Shown: positions 51,699-63,521, numbered from the whole stretch's first letter. The stretch: 63,723 nt of DNA, filler included, from Chiloscyllium plagiosum (GCF_004010195.1; 5 parts of one record of this genome joined end to end with filler, not necessarily neighbours in it), one strand, 5' to 3'. Notes: generated from the sequence alone by a model not told the origin. Program-made: numbers and translations.

Positions 51699-52309
51699 TC
51701 CTGGGGAGTGTTGCTGAACAAAGAGACCATGGAGTGCATGTTCATAGTTTCTTTAAAGTCGCAGGTAGGTAGGATAGTGAAGATGATGTTTGGTATGCTT
51801 TCCTTTATTAGTTGAAGATTGAGGATAGGAATTGGGAGGTCATGTTGTGGCTATACAGGGCATAGGTTTAGGTTTAGGGTTAGAGGGGAATGATTTAAAA
51901 GGTGTCACAAAGCTGGTCTTTTTTTCTCGAAAAGCTGTTCCTTCTCAAGGTTACCATGTCCTTGATTTTTTTACAGAGGGATTGTAAAAACAGTCTGGGC
52001 TCCGAGGCGACAGAGATGAAAGGGTGTATGAAGAGGCCTTTTTGTTTATACATAAACTGTTGAGACTTTAGGCCAAAGCTTTCATGTTTTAGAAGTAACC
52101 TGTACAATGAAAGAGGAGTGATTTGTTAGTTCAGCAGTGGGCTGTGTGGAAACAGGCTGCGAGACTCTCTCTCTTTCTAACTTTAACACGTAAGCCTCTG
52201 TTTCAATGTTTAAGAGTTATGATATGTAGATGCCAGTGTTGGACTGGGGTGGACAAAGTTAAAAATCACACAACACCAGGTTATAGTCCAACAGGTTTAA
52301 TTGAAAGCA

Positions 52310-52344
52310 CACTAGCTTTCGGAGCGTCGCTCCTTCATCAGGTG
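52310..52344 (-). ncRNA. Minimal hammerhead ribozyme motif at the Penelope 3' terminus (intact core)
   Basis: Minus strand CAC-CTGATGA-A-GGAGC GAC GCTCC-GAA-AGCT-A-GTG: helix I CAC/GTG, 5-bp helix II, palindromic AGCU, CUA triplet. Confidence 0.78.
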
Positions 52345-53707
52345 ATAGTGGGGGACACAATTCTAAGGCACAGAACTTATAGCAAAAATTTACAGTGTGA
52401 TGTAACTGAAATTATATATTGAAAAATGCCTTGATTGTCTGTTGAGTCTTTCATCTGTTCAAACACCATGATAGTTTCACTTCTTTCATGTGTAAATCAC
52501 AAAACCTTTTTTAAAATAAGTTACATTCTCAGGTTAGCTGTAACAATGAGTATTAGCTCGACAATATGTTGGAGATGTTAGCCCCCTGTGTTCTCTGTCT
52601 ATGCCATGATGTTTAGATTGATTCTAATCTAAAATGTGAGATAACAAAGTTTTACATGAATTCATGCAGTTTTTGAGCAAAGTACAATGTAACTGCAAGT
52701 ACAAATTCACCCCACATAATATATGTGCATGTGCGTCTTTGTCTGTCTGTGTGTGTAGTGAGTGTAGAGTGCCTTAAGTCTTTGAGGGGGTGCATGTGGG
52801 AGTGTGTGCGCGTGTCTGAGGTGGGGGTTTGAGAGTGTCTGTGAGAGTGTGTAGATGTGTGTGCATGAGTGTAGAGTGGTCTTAGTCTCTAAGAGGATGC
52901 CTATGTGAATGTGAGAGTGTGTGCAAGTGTCTGTGTATATGTGTGTCCGTGTGTGTGTGTGTATAGGAGTGCCTGTGTGTAGGAGTAGGAGTGACTGTGT
53001 GTGTGTATAGTGCTATGGGCGGTCACCTGTAACGTGACATGAACCCAAGGTCCCGGTTGAGGCCCTCCCTATGGGTACCGAACATAGCTATCAGCCTCTG
53101 CTCGCCCACTTTTCGCTGTTGCATGTCCCGAAGTCCGCCTTGGAGGATGGTCACCCGAAGGCACAGACACTCACATACACCCCTACACCCACACAGGCAT
53201 CCTCTCAGAGACTTAGACCACTCTATACACATGCACACACATGTACACTCTCTCTCACAGACACCACAATACCCCCCACCCCAGACATGCAAACACAGAC
53301 AAAGACCCACATGCACACATATATTTTGTGGGGTGAATTTGTACTTGCAGAGTTACATTGTACTTTGCTCAAAAACTGCATGAATTCATGTAAAACTCTG
53401 TTTTCTCACATTTTAGATTAGAATCAATCTAAACATCATGGCATAGACAGAGAACACAGGGGGCTACCACCTTCAACATATTGTCTGGCTAACGCCCATT
53501 GTTACAGCTAACCTGAGAATGCAACTTTAGGGTGCGTGTGGGTATCTGTGTGGGCGTCTGTGTGTATGTGGGTACGTGTGTACGTGTGCATAGGAGTGCC
53601 TGTGTGTGTGTGTGTACATAGGAATGCGTGTCCGTGTGTGTGTGTGTATAGGAGTGCCTGTGTGTAGGAGTAGGAGTGACTGTGTGTGTGTAGAGTGCTA
53701 CGGGCGG

Positions 53708-55720
53708 TCACCTGTAACGTGACATGAACCCAAGGTCCCGGTTGAGGCCCTCCCTATGGGTACCGAACATAGTTTTCAGCCTCTGCTCGCCCACTTTTCG
53801 CTGTTGCATGTCCCGAAGTCCGCCTTGGAGGATGGTCACCCGAAGGTCCGAGGTCGAATGTCCTGGACCACTGAAGTGTTCCCCAACTGGGAGGGAACCC
53901 TCCTGTCTGTTGATTGTTGTGTGGTGCCAGTTCATCCGTTGTCGTAGCCTTTGCTCGGTTTCCCCAATGTACCATGCCTCTGGGCATCCCTGCCTGCAAC
54001 GTATAAGATAGACACCGTTGGCTGAGTCACCTGAGTAACTGCCACGTACAAGGTGGGAGGTGTCCCCACGTGTAATGGTGGTATCTATGTCCACACTCTG
54101 ACACGTCTTCCAGCGCCTACCGTGACAGGGTTGTTTGGAGTTGTCCTGTGAGCCGGGCAGCTTGTTATGAACAATGATTTGTTTGAGGTTTGGCAGTTGT
54201 TTAAAGGCGAGTAGTGGAGGTGTGGGGAAGGTCTTGATGAGATGTTCATGCTCATTGATAATGTGTTGCAGGTCACGAAGTACATGGCGCATTTTTCCAG
54301 CTCTGAATAACGAAGGGTACCCTGTCGTTTGCATCACGTGTCTGTCTCCTGGGGAGGTCATTACGGTTCCTTGCTGTGGCATGTCGGAACTGGCGGTCGA
54401 TGAGTTGAGCATCGTACCCCGTTCTTGTGAGGGCATCCTTGAGTACTTCCAGGTGCCTGTCACGTTCCTCCTCATCTGAGCAGATCCAGTGTACGCGTAG
54501 GGCTTGTCCATAGGGAATGGCTGTTTTAATATGTTTTGGGTGGAAGCTGGAGAAGTGTAGCATTGTGAGGTTGTCTGTGGGTTTGCGGTAGTGAGTGATG
54601 CTGAGGTGTCCATCCTTGATGGAGATGCATGTTTCCAAGAATGAGACAGATTGTCGAGAGTAGTCCATGGTGGGATGAAACTTGTTGATGTCACTGTGTA
54701 GTTTTATCAGTGACTCCTCGCCATGGGTCCAGAGGAAGAAAAGGTCGTCATTGTACCTGGTGTATAATGTTGGTTGGAGATCCTGCATAGAGAAGAAGTC
54801 TTGTTCAAACCTGTGCATAAAAATGTTGGCATATTGGGGTGCAAATTTGGTCCCCTTGGCTGTTTCATGTGTCTGGATGAAGAACTGGTTGTCAAAGGTG
54901 AAGATGTTGTGATCAAGGATAAGGTGGATGAGTTGTAGGATGGTGTTCGGAGATTGGCAGTTGTTGGTGTTCAGTACTAAGGCTGTTGCCACGATGCTGT
55001 GGGGGATGCTGGTGTAGAGTGCTGAAACGTCCATTGTGATGAGGAATGTTCCCAGTTCGACTGGTCCATGGGTGCTGAGTTTCTGTAAGAAATCTGTAAT
55101 GTCGCGGCAGAAGCTGGGGATCCCCTGTACAATAGGATTCAAGATGTCTTCAACATAGCCAGAGAGATTCTCACACAGGGTCCCATTGCCCTGGTGTGTT
55201 GGCTTTGTGTACATTTTGAAAGCAGTAGAAGACGCCTACACGAGAAGTACATGGCATGAGGGTGCATACGGAGCTCTGAAGGACTGGATCCAAAGTCCTG
55301 ATCAGTGTGTTTAATTCACAGGTGTGTTCTTTGGTTGGATCAGCTGGCAGTTGCCTTAGTGTTCCTGGTTTTTCAGTTGTCGGTACACTTCCTTGCAGTA
55401 ATGTGTTCTATTCTGTATGACGATGGCTCCTCCTTTACCTGCTGGTTTGATGACAATGCTGTGATTGGTTTTGAGAGCCTGGATGGCATTGCGTTGTGAA
55501 CGGGTGATGTTTTGCTCTACCTTGTGGGTACGGCTGATGAATCTGGCATTTATATATTTCCTGACGGTTTGAGCATACATGTCAAGGCCAGGGCAGCGGC
55601 CCTCCGGTGGGGTCCAAGTTGACACCTTCTTTGGTCGCTCCTCTACAGACCCGTATGATTGTTGCAGTTCATCAGTGGGTGCATTGGGATGACTGCTGAA
55701 ACCTTGAAAGAATTCCCGGA
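53708..55720 (-). pseudogene. Frameshifted Penelope polyprotein (reverse transcriptase + GIY-YIG endonuclease)
   Basis: RT motifs LITMDVSALYTSIPH, GTKFAPQYANIFM, YTRYNDDLFFLW, HYRKPTD; endonuclease SANGVYLIRCRQGCPEAWYIGETEQRLRQRMNWH...VGEHF...GLNRD. Confidence 0.92.
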
Positions 55721-56835
55721 GTCTGTCACGGTAGGCGCTGGAAGACGTGTCAGAGTGTGGACATAGATACCACCGTTACATGTGGGGACACCTCCCACCT
55801 TGTATGTGGCAGGTACTCACATGACTCAGCCAACATTGTCTATCTTATACGTTGCAGGCAAGGATGCCTGGAGGCATGGTACATTGGGGAAACTGAGCAA
55901 AGGCTATGACAATGGATGAATGGGCACCGCACAACAATCAACAGACAGAGTGTTCCCTCCCAGTTGGGGAACACTTCAGTGGTCCAGGACATTTGACCTC
56001 AGATCTTCGCGTGACCATCCTCCAAGGCGGACTTTGGGACATGCAGCAGCAAAACGTGGGCGAGCAGAGGCTGATAGCTAAGTTCCATACCCATAGGGAG
56101 AGCCTCAACCGGGACCTTGGGTTCATGTCACATTACAGGTGACCACCATTGCACTATACACACATACAGACACTCCTACCTCTATATACACACACATGCG
56201 CGCGCGCTCGCTCTCGCTCTCTCTCTCACACACACACACAGACATCCTCTGAGATTAGACCACTCTACACTCATGCACGCACATATACAGCCTCTCTAAC
56301 AGACACTCACAACCCCCCAGCCCAGACACTCACACATGCACCCCCTCACAGACCTAAGACACTCTACACTCACTACACACACATATACAATCTCTCTCAC
56401 ACTAACAACCTTCAACCCAGACAGACCAACAAAGACGCACATGCACACATACATTTTGTGGGGTGAATTTGTACTTGCAGAGTTACATTGTACTTTGCTC
56501 AAATATTGCATGTATTCATGTAAAACTCCGTTATCACACATTTTAGATTAGAATCAATCTAAACATCATGGCATAGACTGAGAACACAGGAGGCTAACAC
56601 CTTCAACATATTGTCTAGCTAACAACAATTGTTACAGTTAACCTGAGAATGCAACTTTTCAAAAAAAAAAGGTTTTGTGATTTACACATGAAAGAAGTGA
56701 AACTGTCATGGTATTCGAACAGATGAAAGACTCAACAAACAATCAAGGTATTTTTCAATGTATAATTTCAGTTACATCACACTGTAACCTTTTGCTATAA
56801 ATTCTGTGCCTTAGAATTGTGTCCCCCACTATCTC

Positions 56836-56864
56836 CTGATGAAGGAGTAGCACTCTGAAAGCTT
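56836..56864 (+). ncRNA. Hammerhead motif in the inverted Penelope terminus (downstream helix I partly deleted)
   Basis: CTGATGA-A-GGAGT AGC ACTCT-GAA-AGCT-T. Confidence 0.55.
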
Positions 56865-56989
56865 CCAATTAAACCTGTTGGACTTAACCTGGTGTTGTGT
56901 GATTTTTAACAATGATTAAGAGGTTTGTTTATTGGGACTTATGTATTTTCGGAACAGCATAATTAACTCTAGTTTGGATAGATTGAGTT

Positions 56990-57450
56990 ATAGAATCATA
57001 GAGATGTACAGCACAAAAACAGACCCTTTGGTCAAACTCGTCCATGCCAACCAGATATCCCAACCTAACCTAGTCCCACTTGCCAGCACCTGGCCCATAT
57101 CCCTCCAAACACTTCCTATTCATATACTCATCCAGATGCCTTTTAAATGTTGCAAGTTTTCCACCACCCTCTGGCAGCTCATTCCACACACGTGCCACTG
57201 TCTGCGTGGAAAAACCTTCCCCTTAGGCCTCTTTTATATCTTTCCCCTCGCACCCTAAACCTATGCCCTTTAGTTCTGGACTCCTCCACTCCTGGGAAAA
57301 GACTTTGCCTATTCGTCCAATCCATGCTCCTCGATTTTGTAAGCCCTAAGGTCACCCCTCAGCCTCCAAAGCTCCAGGGAAAACAACCCTAGCCTATTCA
57401 ACCTCTCCCTGTAGCTCAAATCCTCCAACCCTGGCAACATCCTTGTAAAT
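56990..57450 (-). mobile_element. CR1 LINE 3' end
   Basis: Reverse complement of the CR1 3' end at 12730-13200; bracketed by a 27-bp near-direct repeat (56950-56976, 57459-57485). Confidence 0.85.
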
Positions 57451-57485
57451 TCCACACACGGAATAGCATAATTAACTCTAGTTTG

Positions 57486-58246
57486 AGTGGGAGCAGCGGC
57501 CGAGTAAAGGCGAACCCGGGAGACTACAGCTAAGGTAAGACAGTTTGTTTCAAAATTACTTACCTGTAGCGGGCAGCGGTGTTTTTTTTTCTCTCTTCAC
57601 AAAAAGAGCGGGAGCAGCAGAGGAAGTGACGGCAAACAGAGGGGCAGCCGGGAAGGAGAACTGTGAGTATAAATACTCACCCTTTAATCACCAACGGTCA
57701 TTTGAGTGGGAGCAGCGGAAGTGAGGTTGGAGCGCATAGCTGGGCGGGAAGGTAAGCGATTAGTATTTGAGTGGGTGTGTTCCCCTTTGAGTCTGCAGGA
57801 AATGCAGTCAGATCCTGATCCTCACCGAACGAGTTAGGGAACTGGAACTGGAGTTGGATGAACTGAGGATCATTCCAGAGGCTGAGAGGGTGCTAGATAG
57901 AAGCTACAGGGACATAGTTACGCCGGAGAACAGAGGTAGCTGGGTAACAGTTAGAGGTGGGAAGGGGAAGAAGCAGGCAGTGCAGGGTTCCCCTGTGGAC
58001 GTGCCCCTAAAAAATAAATATACAGCTTTGGAAACTGTTGGGGGGGACAGCGTTGCAGGTGTAAGCTGCAGTGAAGGGGTCTGTGGCTCTGAGACTCAGA
58101 AGGGAAAGGGGGAGAGGAGGAGAGCGCTAGTGATAGGGGACTCTCTAGTTAGAGAGACGGACAGGCGGTTCTGTGGACATGGGCGAGACTCACGGATGGT
58201 TTGTTGCCTCCCGGGTGCTAGGGCCCGAGACGTCTCAGACCGTGTC
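57486..58246 (+). mobile_element. CR1 LINE 5' UTR and ORF1 (SGNH/GDSL esterase-type) running into a gap
   Basis: GC-rich 5' region with repeated TTTGAGTGGGAGCAGCGG; ORF WVTVRGGKGK..VPLKNKYTALE..RALVIGDSLVRETDRRFCG..SRMVCCLPGARARDV. Confidence 0.85.
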
Positions 58247-58346
58247 NNNNNNNNNNNNNNNNNNNNNNNNNNNNNNNNNNNNNNNNNNNNTTAATTAATT
58301 AANNNNNNNNNNNNNNNNNNNNNNNNNNNNNNNNNNNNNNNNNNNN

Positions 58347-59450
58347 AGGGCAGCGTGCGGTGTGGCTGAGAGTCCGGGCGTGCATAAAGGTTATCACAGG
58401 CAGAGACCACCAGCCAAGCCATGTCTTGGTGCTTGTTGGAAAGTTCTGGCGATGAGGCATTCTGCCAAATTGCTTTGACAGTCTGCTCAGGGAACCGCTC
58501 GATAGGATCTGCTCTCTCCTTTTCCCGAAGGGTCTCAAGGACACTATGTGCTGACCACTTCCTGATGGACTTTTGGTCAAAGGTGTTTTTCTTCATAAAC
58601 TTCTCCGCGAAGGACAGGTGATACGGAACGGTCCACTACTACTCAACTACTCGGAGTGTTCTGCGGCGGCGAGGCCAGGCCCATCCTTCGCAACACCGGG
58701 GACAGGTAGAACTTCAGTACGTAGTGACACTTGGTGTTTGCGTACCGGGGATCCACGCACAGCTTGATGCAGCCACACACAAAGGTGGCCATCAGGGTGA
58801 GGGTGGCATTGGGTGTATTTTTTCCCCTGTTGCCCAGATCTTTGTACAGCGAGTCCCTTCGGACCCGGTCCATCTTTGACCTCCATATGAACTGGAAGAT
58901 GGCCCGGGTAACTGCACCGGCACAGGTTCTGGGAATAGGCCAGACCTGTGCCACGTATAATAGCAATGACAGTGCCTCACACCTGATGACCAGGTTTTTT
59001 CCCACGACGGAGAGCAACCGTAGCGTCCATTTGCCCAGTTTCTGCCTCACTTTGCTGATACACTCCTCCCAAGACTTGGCGCACGCCCCAGCCCCCCCCA
59101 AACTAAATACTCAGCACCTTCAGGTGGTCGGTCCTGACGGTGAAGGGGATCGAGAATTGGTCGGCCCGGTTCCCAAAGAGCATGGCCTCGCTCTTGCCTC
59201 GGTTTACCTTGGCCCCCGAGGTCCGTTCGAACTGGTCACATATGCACATGAGTCTGACAGCGGATCCGAGCAGAAAACGGCGACGTCATCCAGGCCCCCT
59301 GCAGGCCCCCGCTGCCAGGAATAGTCACCCTTCTCAGGCTCGCATCCTTCCTGATGGACTCGGCAAATGGCTCTATGCAGCACACAAACGAGGCAGGAGA
59401 GAGAGGGCAGTCCTGCCTGACTCCAGATCTGACTGGGAAGCTATCTGATT
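58347..59450 (-). mobile_element. L1/Tx1-clade LINE ORF2 RT fragment
   Basis: SGVRQDCPLSP, DDVAVF and ASGAKVNRGKSEAM motifs on minus strand; SWEECISKVRQKLGKW..GKNLVIR..FQFIWRSKMDRVRR. Confidence 0.85.
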
Positions 59451-59849
59451 CCCACCCTCAGATGTTGCCTGAACTGCTGTGCTTTTCCAGCACCACTCTA
59501 ATCTTGACTATAATCTCCAGCATCTGCAGAACCCACTTCTGCCTAATAACTGTGTTGTTGAGTTGGCTTTGCCAAGGGTGTGTTTATGGGATGCTGCTGA
59601 TATCAGAGCTGTTAATGATTAGTGGTGATATAACACATTATCTTGTTGAATAATTTTATAAAGTTACGCCAATCTTTTTGGTTTTATTTTAAACGTGCTG
59701 TAAGGATAAAATGTATTTTGATTAAGGTTTGGTGATGGACCAATCGAATCACATCTGCCTTACACTTGCCTTTAAAAAGAAACATAAAAGTTAGGATCTA
59801 GGCTATCTCTATAATATACATTGGGATGTCTGGTCTGGACCATAACAAC

Positions 59850-60290
59850 TGCATGAATTTATGTAAAACTCTGTTATCTCACTTTTTAGATTAGAATCAA
59901 TCTAAACATCAGGTCATAGACAGAGAACACAGGGGGCCAACACCTTCAACATATTGTCTAGCTATCACCATTGTTAACAGCTAACCCGAGAATGCAACTT
60001 TTAAAAAAAGGGGGTTTTGTGATTTACACATGAAAGAAGTGAAACTATCACTGTATTCTAACAGATGAAAGGCTTAACAGATAATCAATTTTTCAATGTA
60101 TAATTTCAGTAACATCACACTGCAAATTTTTGCTATAAATTCTGTGTTACGATCGAGCCCTCCACAATAACCTGATGAAAGGAGCATCGCTCCGAAAGCT
60201 AGTGTGCTTCCAATTAAACCTATTGGACTATAACCTGGTGTTGTGTGATTTTTAACTTTATACACCCCAGTCCAACACCGGCATCTCCAA
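59850..60290 (+). mobile_element. Penelope 3' UTR fragment with hammerhead motif (60172-60201)
   Basis: Similar to 56510-56909; CTGATGA-AA-GGAGC ATC GCTCC-GAA-AGCT-A-GTG. Confidence 0.8.
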
Positions 60291-60888
60291 AAGTTGACAA
60301 ACAAAAATTTTCCCCATTTTTATAATTTATTCATGATGTGTGGGCATCGATGGCTAGCCTAGCGTATCCCTAATTGCCAGAGGGCAGATTGAGCATCAAT
60401 AACATTGCTGTAGATCTGGAGTCACTTATAGCTTAGACTGGGTAAGAATGGTCCTAAAGGACATTTGTGAACCAAGTGGGTTTTTCCAACATCAGTGACA
60501 GATTCATGGTCATCAATAGACTCTTTTTTTTTAATTGAATTCAATTCATCATTTGCCATGGTGGAATTTGAACCTGGGTCCCCACCTGGGTCTCTGGATT
60601 AACGGTCCAGTATTAATGCTACTCGGTCATCACTTCCCATTGAACTTAAAAGCACAGAATGAGGCCATTTGGTTCATTGTATGTGTTGTGGATCTTTGAA
60701 AGAATTATTCATTGGTCCCACATCATGGTCTTTCCCAATAGCAGTACAGCCTGTCTCTACTTCAAGTATTTATTGAATTCCCTTTTAAAAGCTTCTGTTA
60801 AATATACTTTCACCAATCTTTCATGATGTAACGACTCCTAGGAAAATATCTCCTAACCTTGCCTCTGGCTCTTCTGTCAATTGGATCT

Positions 60889-61184
60889 GGTAAAAACAAT
60901 GACTGCAGATGCTGGAAACCAGATTCTGGATCAGTGGTGCTGGAAGAGCACAGCAATTCAGGCAGCATCCGAGGACAGGCAAAATCGACGTTTCGGGCAA
61001 AAGCCCTTCATCAGGAATAAAGGCAGAGAGCCTGAAGCGTGGAGAGATAAGCTAGAGGAGGGTGGGGGTGGGGAGAGAGTGGAATAGAGTACAATAGGTC
61101 AGTGGGGAAGGAGATGAAGGTGATAGGTCAGGGAGGAGAGGGTGGAGTGGAGAGGTGGAAAAGGAGCTGGGCAGGTCCGACAAG
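60889..61184 (-). mobile_element. Penelope-derived terminus with intact hammerhead core (60987-61014), running into a gap
   Basis: Minus strand CTGATGA-A-GGGC TTTT GCCC-GAA-ACGT-C followed by the gatgctgcctga...ccagcatctgcag tail. Confidence 0.78.
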
Positions 61185-61284
61185 NNNNNNNNNNNNNNNN
61201 NNNNNNNNNNNNNNNNNNNNNNNNNNNNTTAATTAATTAANNNNNNNNNNNNNNNNNNNNNNNNNNNNNNNNNNNNNNNNNNNN

Positions 61285-62010
61285 GGGTGACTTGGTAGAG
61301 GTGTACAAGATGATTAGGGGTTTAGTTAGGGTTGACCATGAGAACCTTTTTCCATGTATGGAGTCAGCTATTACGAGGGGGCATAGCTTTAAATTAAGGG
61401 GTGGTAGGTATAGGACAGATGTTAGGGGTAGATTCTTTACTCAGCGAGTCGTGAAATGCCCTGCCAGTAGCAGTGGTGGACTCTCCCTCTTCATGGGCAT
61501 TTAAACGGGCATTGGATAGGCATATGGAGGATAGTGGGCTAGTGTAGGTTAGGTGGGCTTGGATCGGCGCAACATCGAGTGCCGAAGGGCCTGTACTGCG
61601 CTGTATTTTTCTATGTTCTATGTTCTATAAAATGAACATAAACATTTTACATCTCATGGAATCTCACGCCAACACACCATATGCCTTCTTAACAACCCTA
61701 TCAACCTGGGTGGCAACTGTCAGGGATTTATGCACCTGGACACCGAGATCTCTCTGTTCATCTACACCGCCAAGAACTTTACCATTAGCCCAGTACGCTG
61801 CATTCCTGTTACTTCTTCCGAAGTGAACTATCTCACACTTTTCCGCATTAAACTCCATTTGCCTCTTCTCTATGTCCCTCTGTAATCTACATCATCCTTT
61901 GGCACTATCCACAACTCTGCCTACCTTAATGTCATCCGCAAATTTACTAACCCATCCTTCTACGCCCACATCCAGATCATTTATAAAAATGACAAACAGC
62001 AGTGGCTCCA
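61285..62010. mobile_element. CR1 3' end (+, to 61628) and CR1 RT fragment (-, 61660-62010)
   Basis: EVYKMIRGL..FKLRGGRYRTDVRGRFFTQRVV; MEFNAEKCEIVHFGRSN. Confidence 0.85.
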
Positions 62011-63521
62011 AGTGTCACTGAAGAGGTGTTAAAACTCTCACGTCACATTTCAATTGATTTCTATTTGAGTTTCTCCCTCTTGCCAACCTGATCATAGGAG
62101 CCTGTTTCCATCTGGAGGTGTTTAGTATATGACCTTACCATCCCCTTTCCAGAACATTCTTTACCTTACAATAAAAGAAATATTTTAGAACAGAACTGTT
62201 TAGTGCAGAAACACATTGACTCTAATGTGCATGGCACAAGTCATCATAAGTGTGAACAACAGCAAGATGGTTTTATCATGGATTTATCATGTTAGTTTTG
62301 TTTGATTAGTATAGATGTAGAAGAAGATTATTGCAATAAATTTATAACACAATTAGAATACTTCAATTTTTTTGCACCATTAATTTATAATATGAAAGCA
62401 TCTACATTTTTATTTCTGCAACAAATTAAACAAAATACTTAGCTTAAAATGAACATAAACATTTTACAACTCATGGCAAAAACAGTAGAATATTTATATT
62501 ACATTAAGTTCTCATTAATTCTGAGATAGTGGATGAATTAAGATTGGTCCAAGTGTGAATGACTGTCCAGAGCAGAGAAGGTTCAAGGGAGAATTAATTG
62601 AGGTTCCCAAAACTTTGGAGGGTTTTGATGGTAAGGAAGGCGTACCTGTTTCCAGTGGAAGGTAGATTGGTAACTGGAAGAAATGTAAACAAAGTGGAAA
62701 TAGATCTGAAGGGAGTGGGGGCTAAGCAGGAGATGGTTTTTATGCAGAGTTGTGATCTGAAATGTTTTGTGTGGAAGCAGATCCCGTGGGTAGGTTTTGA
62801 AAGGGAAGCCTCAAAGGGGAATCACTTTGTCAAAGAGATAGCATAAATATAATAGACCAAACAGCCTCCCTCAGTGCTTTCAGAGTCTCTGATGCAATGT
62901 GGCCCAACTGTTGCTGTTATTTTGGGAGTACCCAGAAGGTGGTGCTGTGCCATCATTGGAAGTTGGAGTCTATTTTCCTGCCTCGTTTCACCTTTGATCT
63001 GGCTCACATCCTTGAAATTTTCCTTCGTCTATCATCGCTCCACCTCCCCTTCCTTCGTTATTGTTTGGTTTCTGGAAAGGTGGGAGGGAGGTTGGGCTAC
63101 CCGACAAGTCTGACTGTGGAAAGTCTGATTTGTTTCCTCACTGGCTGCCCCTTGTCCAGGCCTCTCTCCGGAACCTTGCCAAGGGCTGATGGATTTCAGC
63201 CACTGGACAATGTGCCAGCTCTCAGTTCCAACAAGGGAGCCTCTGAGGGTAAGAGGCCCTGCTCACTTGGGAAAGAAACTCAAATGGAACTGAAGCTCCC
63301 ACTGGGAGCTTAGAAACTTGGTCCCTGTTAAATGAGGTTCAGAAATCAGAGATTATTTCCAACACAGAAGGAAGCCATTCGCTCTATCACGTTAGAAAAT
63401 CTGTAGATCTGTTTTCATATTAAGCTAAGTGCTGCACAATTCTCTTCCCCCACCCCATATCTCTGGACATGGAGGAGGTTATCAAAACTGCCAGAGAGGC
63501 TTTCCCCAATGAAGGTTGCGC

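Larger units (their letters stand above)
52217..56909 (-). mobile_element. Penelope-like retroelement, 5'-truncated, with ~1.2 kb inverted copy of its 3' end (55723-56909)
   Basis: RT and GIY-YIG ORF pieces on minus strand; inverted terminal sequences; imperfect TSD CAATG(T/A)TTAAGAG at 52204-52216 and 56910-56922. Confidence 0.92.
51903..59847 (+). mobile_element. Probable solo LTR (pieces ~51903-52216, ~56910-56990, ~59545-59847) fragmented by nested insertions
   Basis: Begins TGTCAC and ends CATAACA; sequence reads through across the Penelope TSD. Assignment of the last piece is inferred across a scaffold gap. Confidence 0.4.

Noticed and set aside
62897..63313. 138-aa + strand ORF in unique-looking DNA
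   Set aside because: No recognisable domain or convincing splice signals; likely chance.
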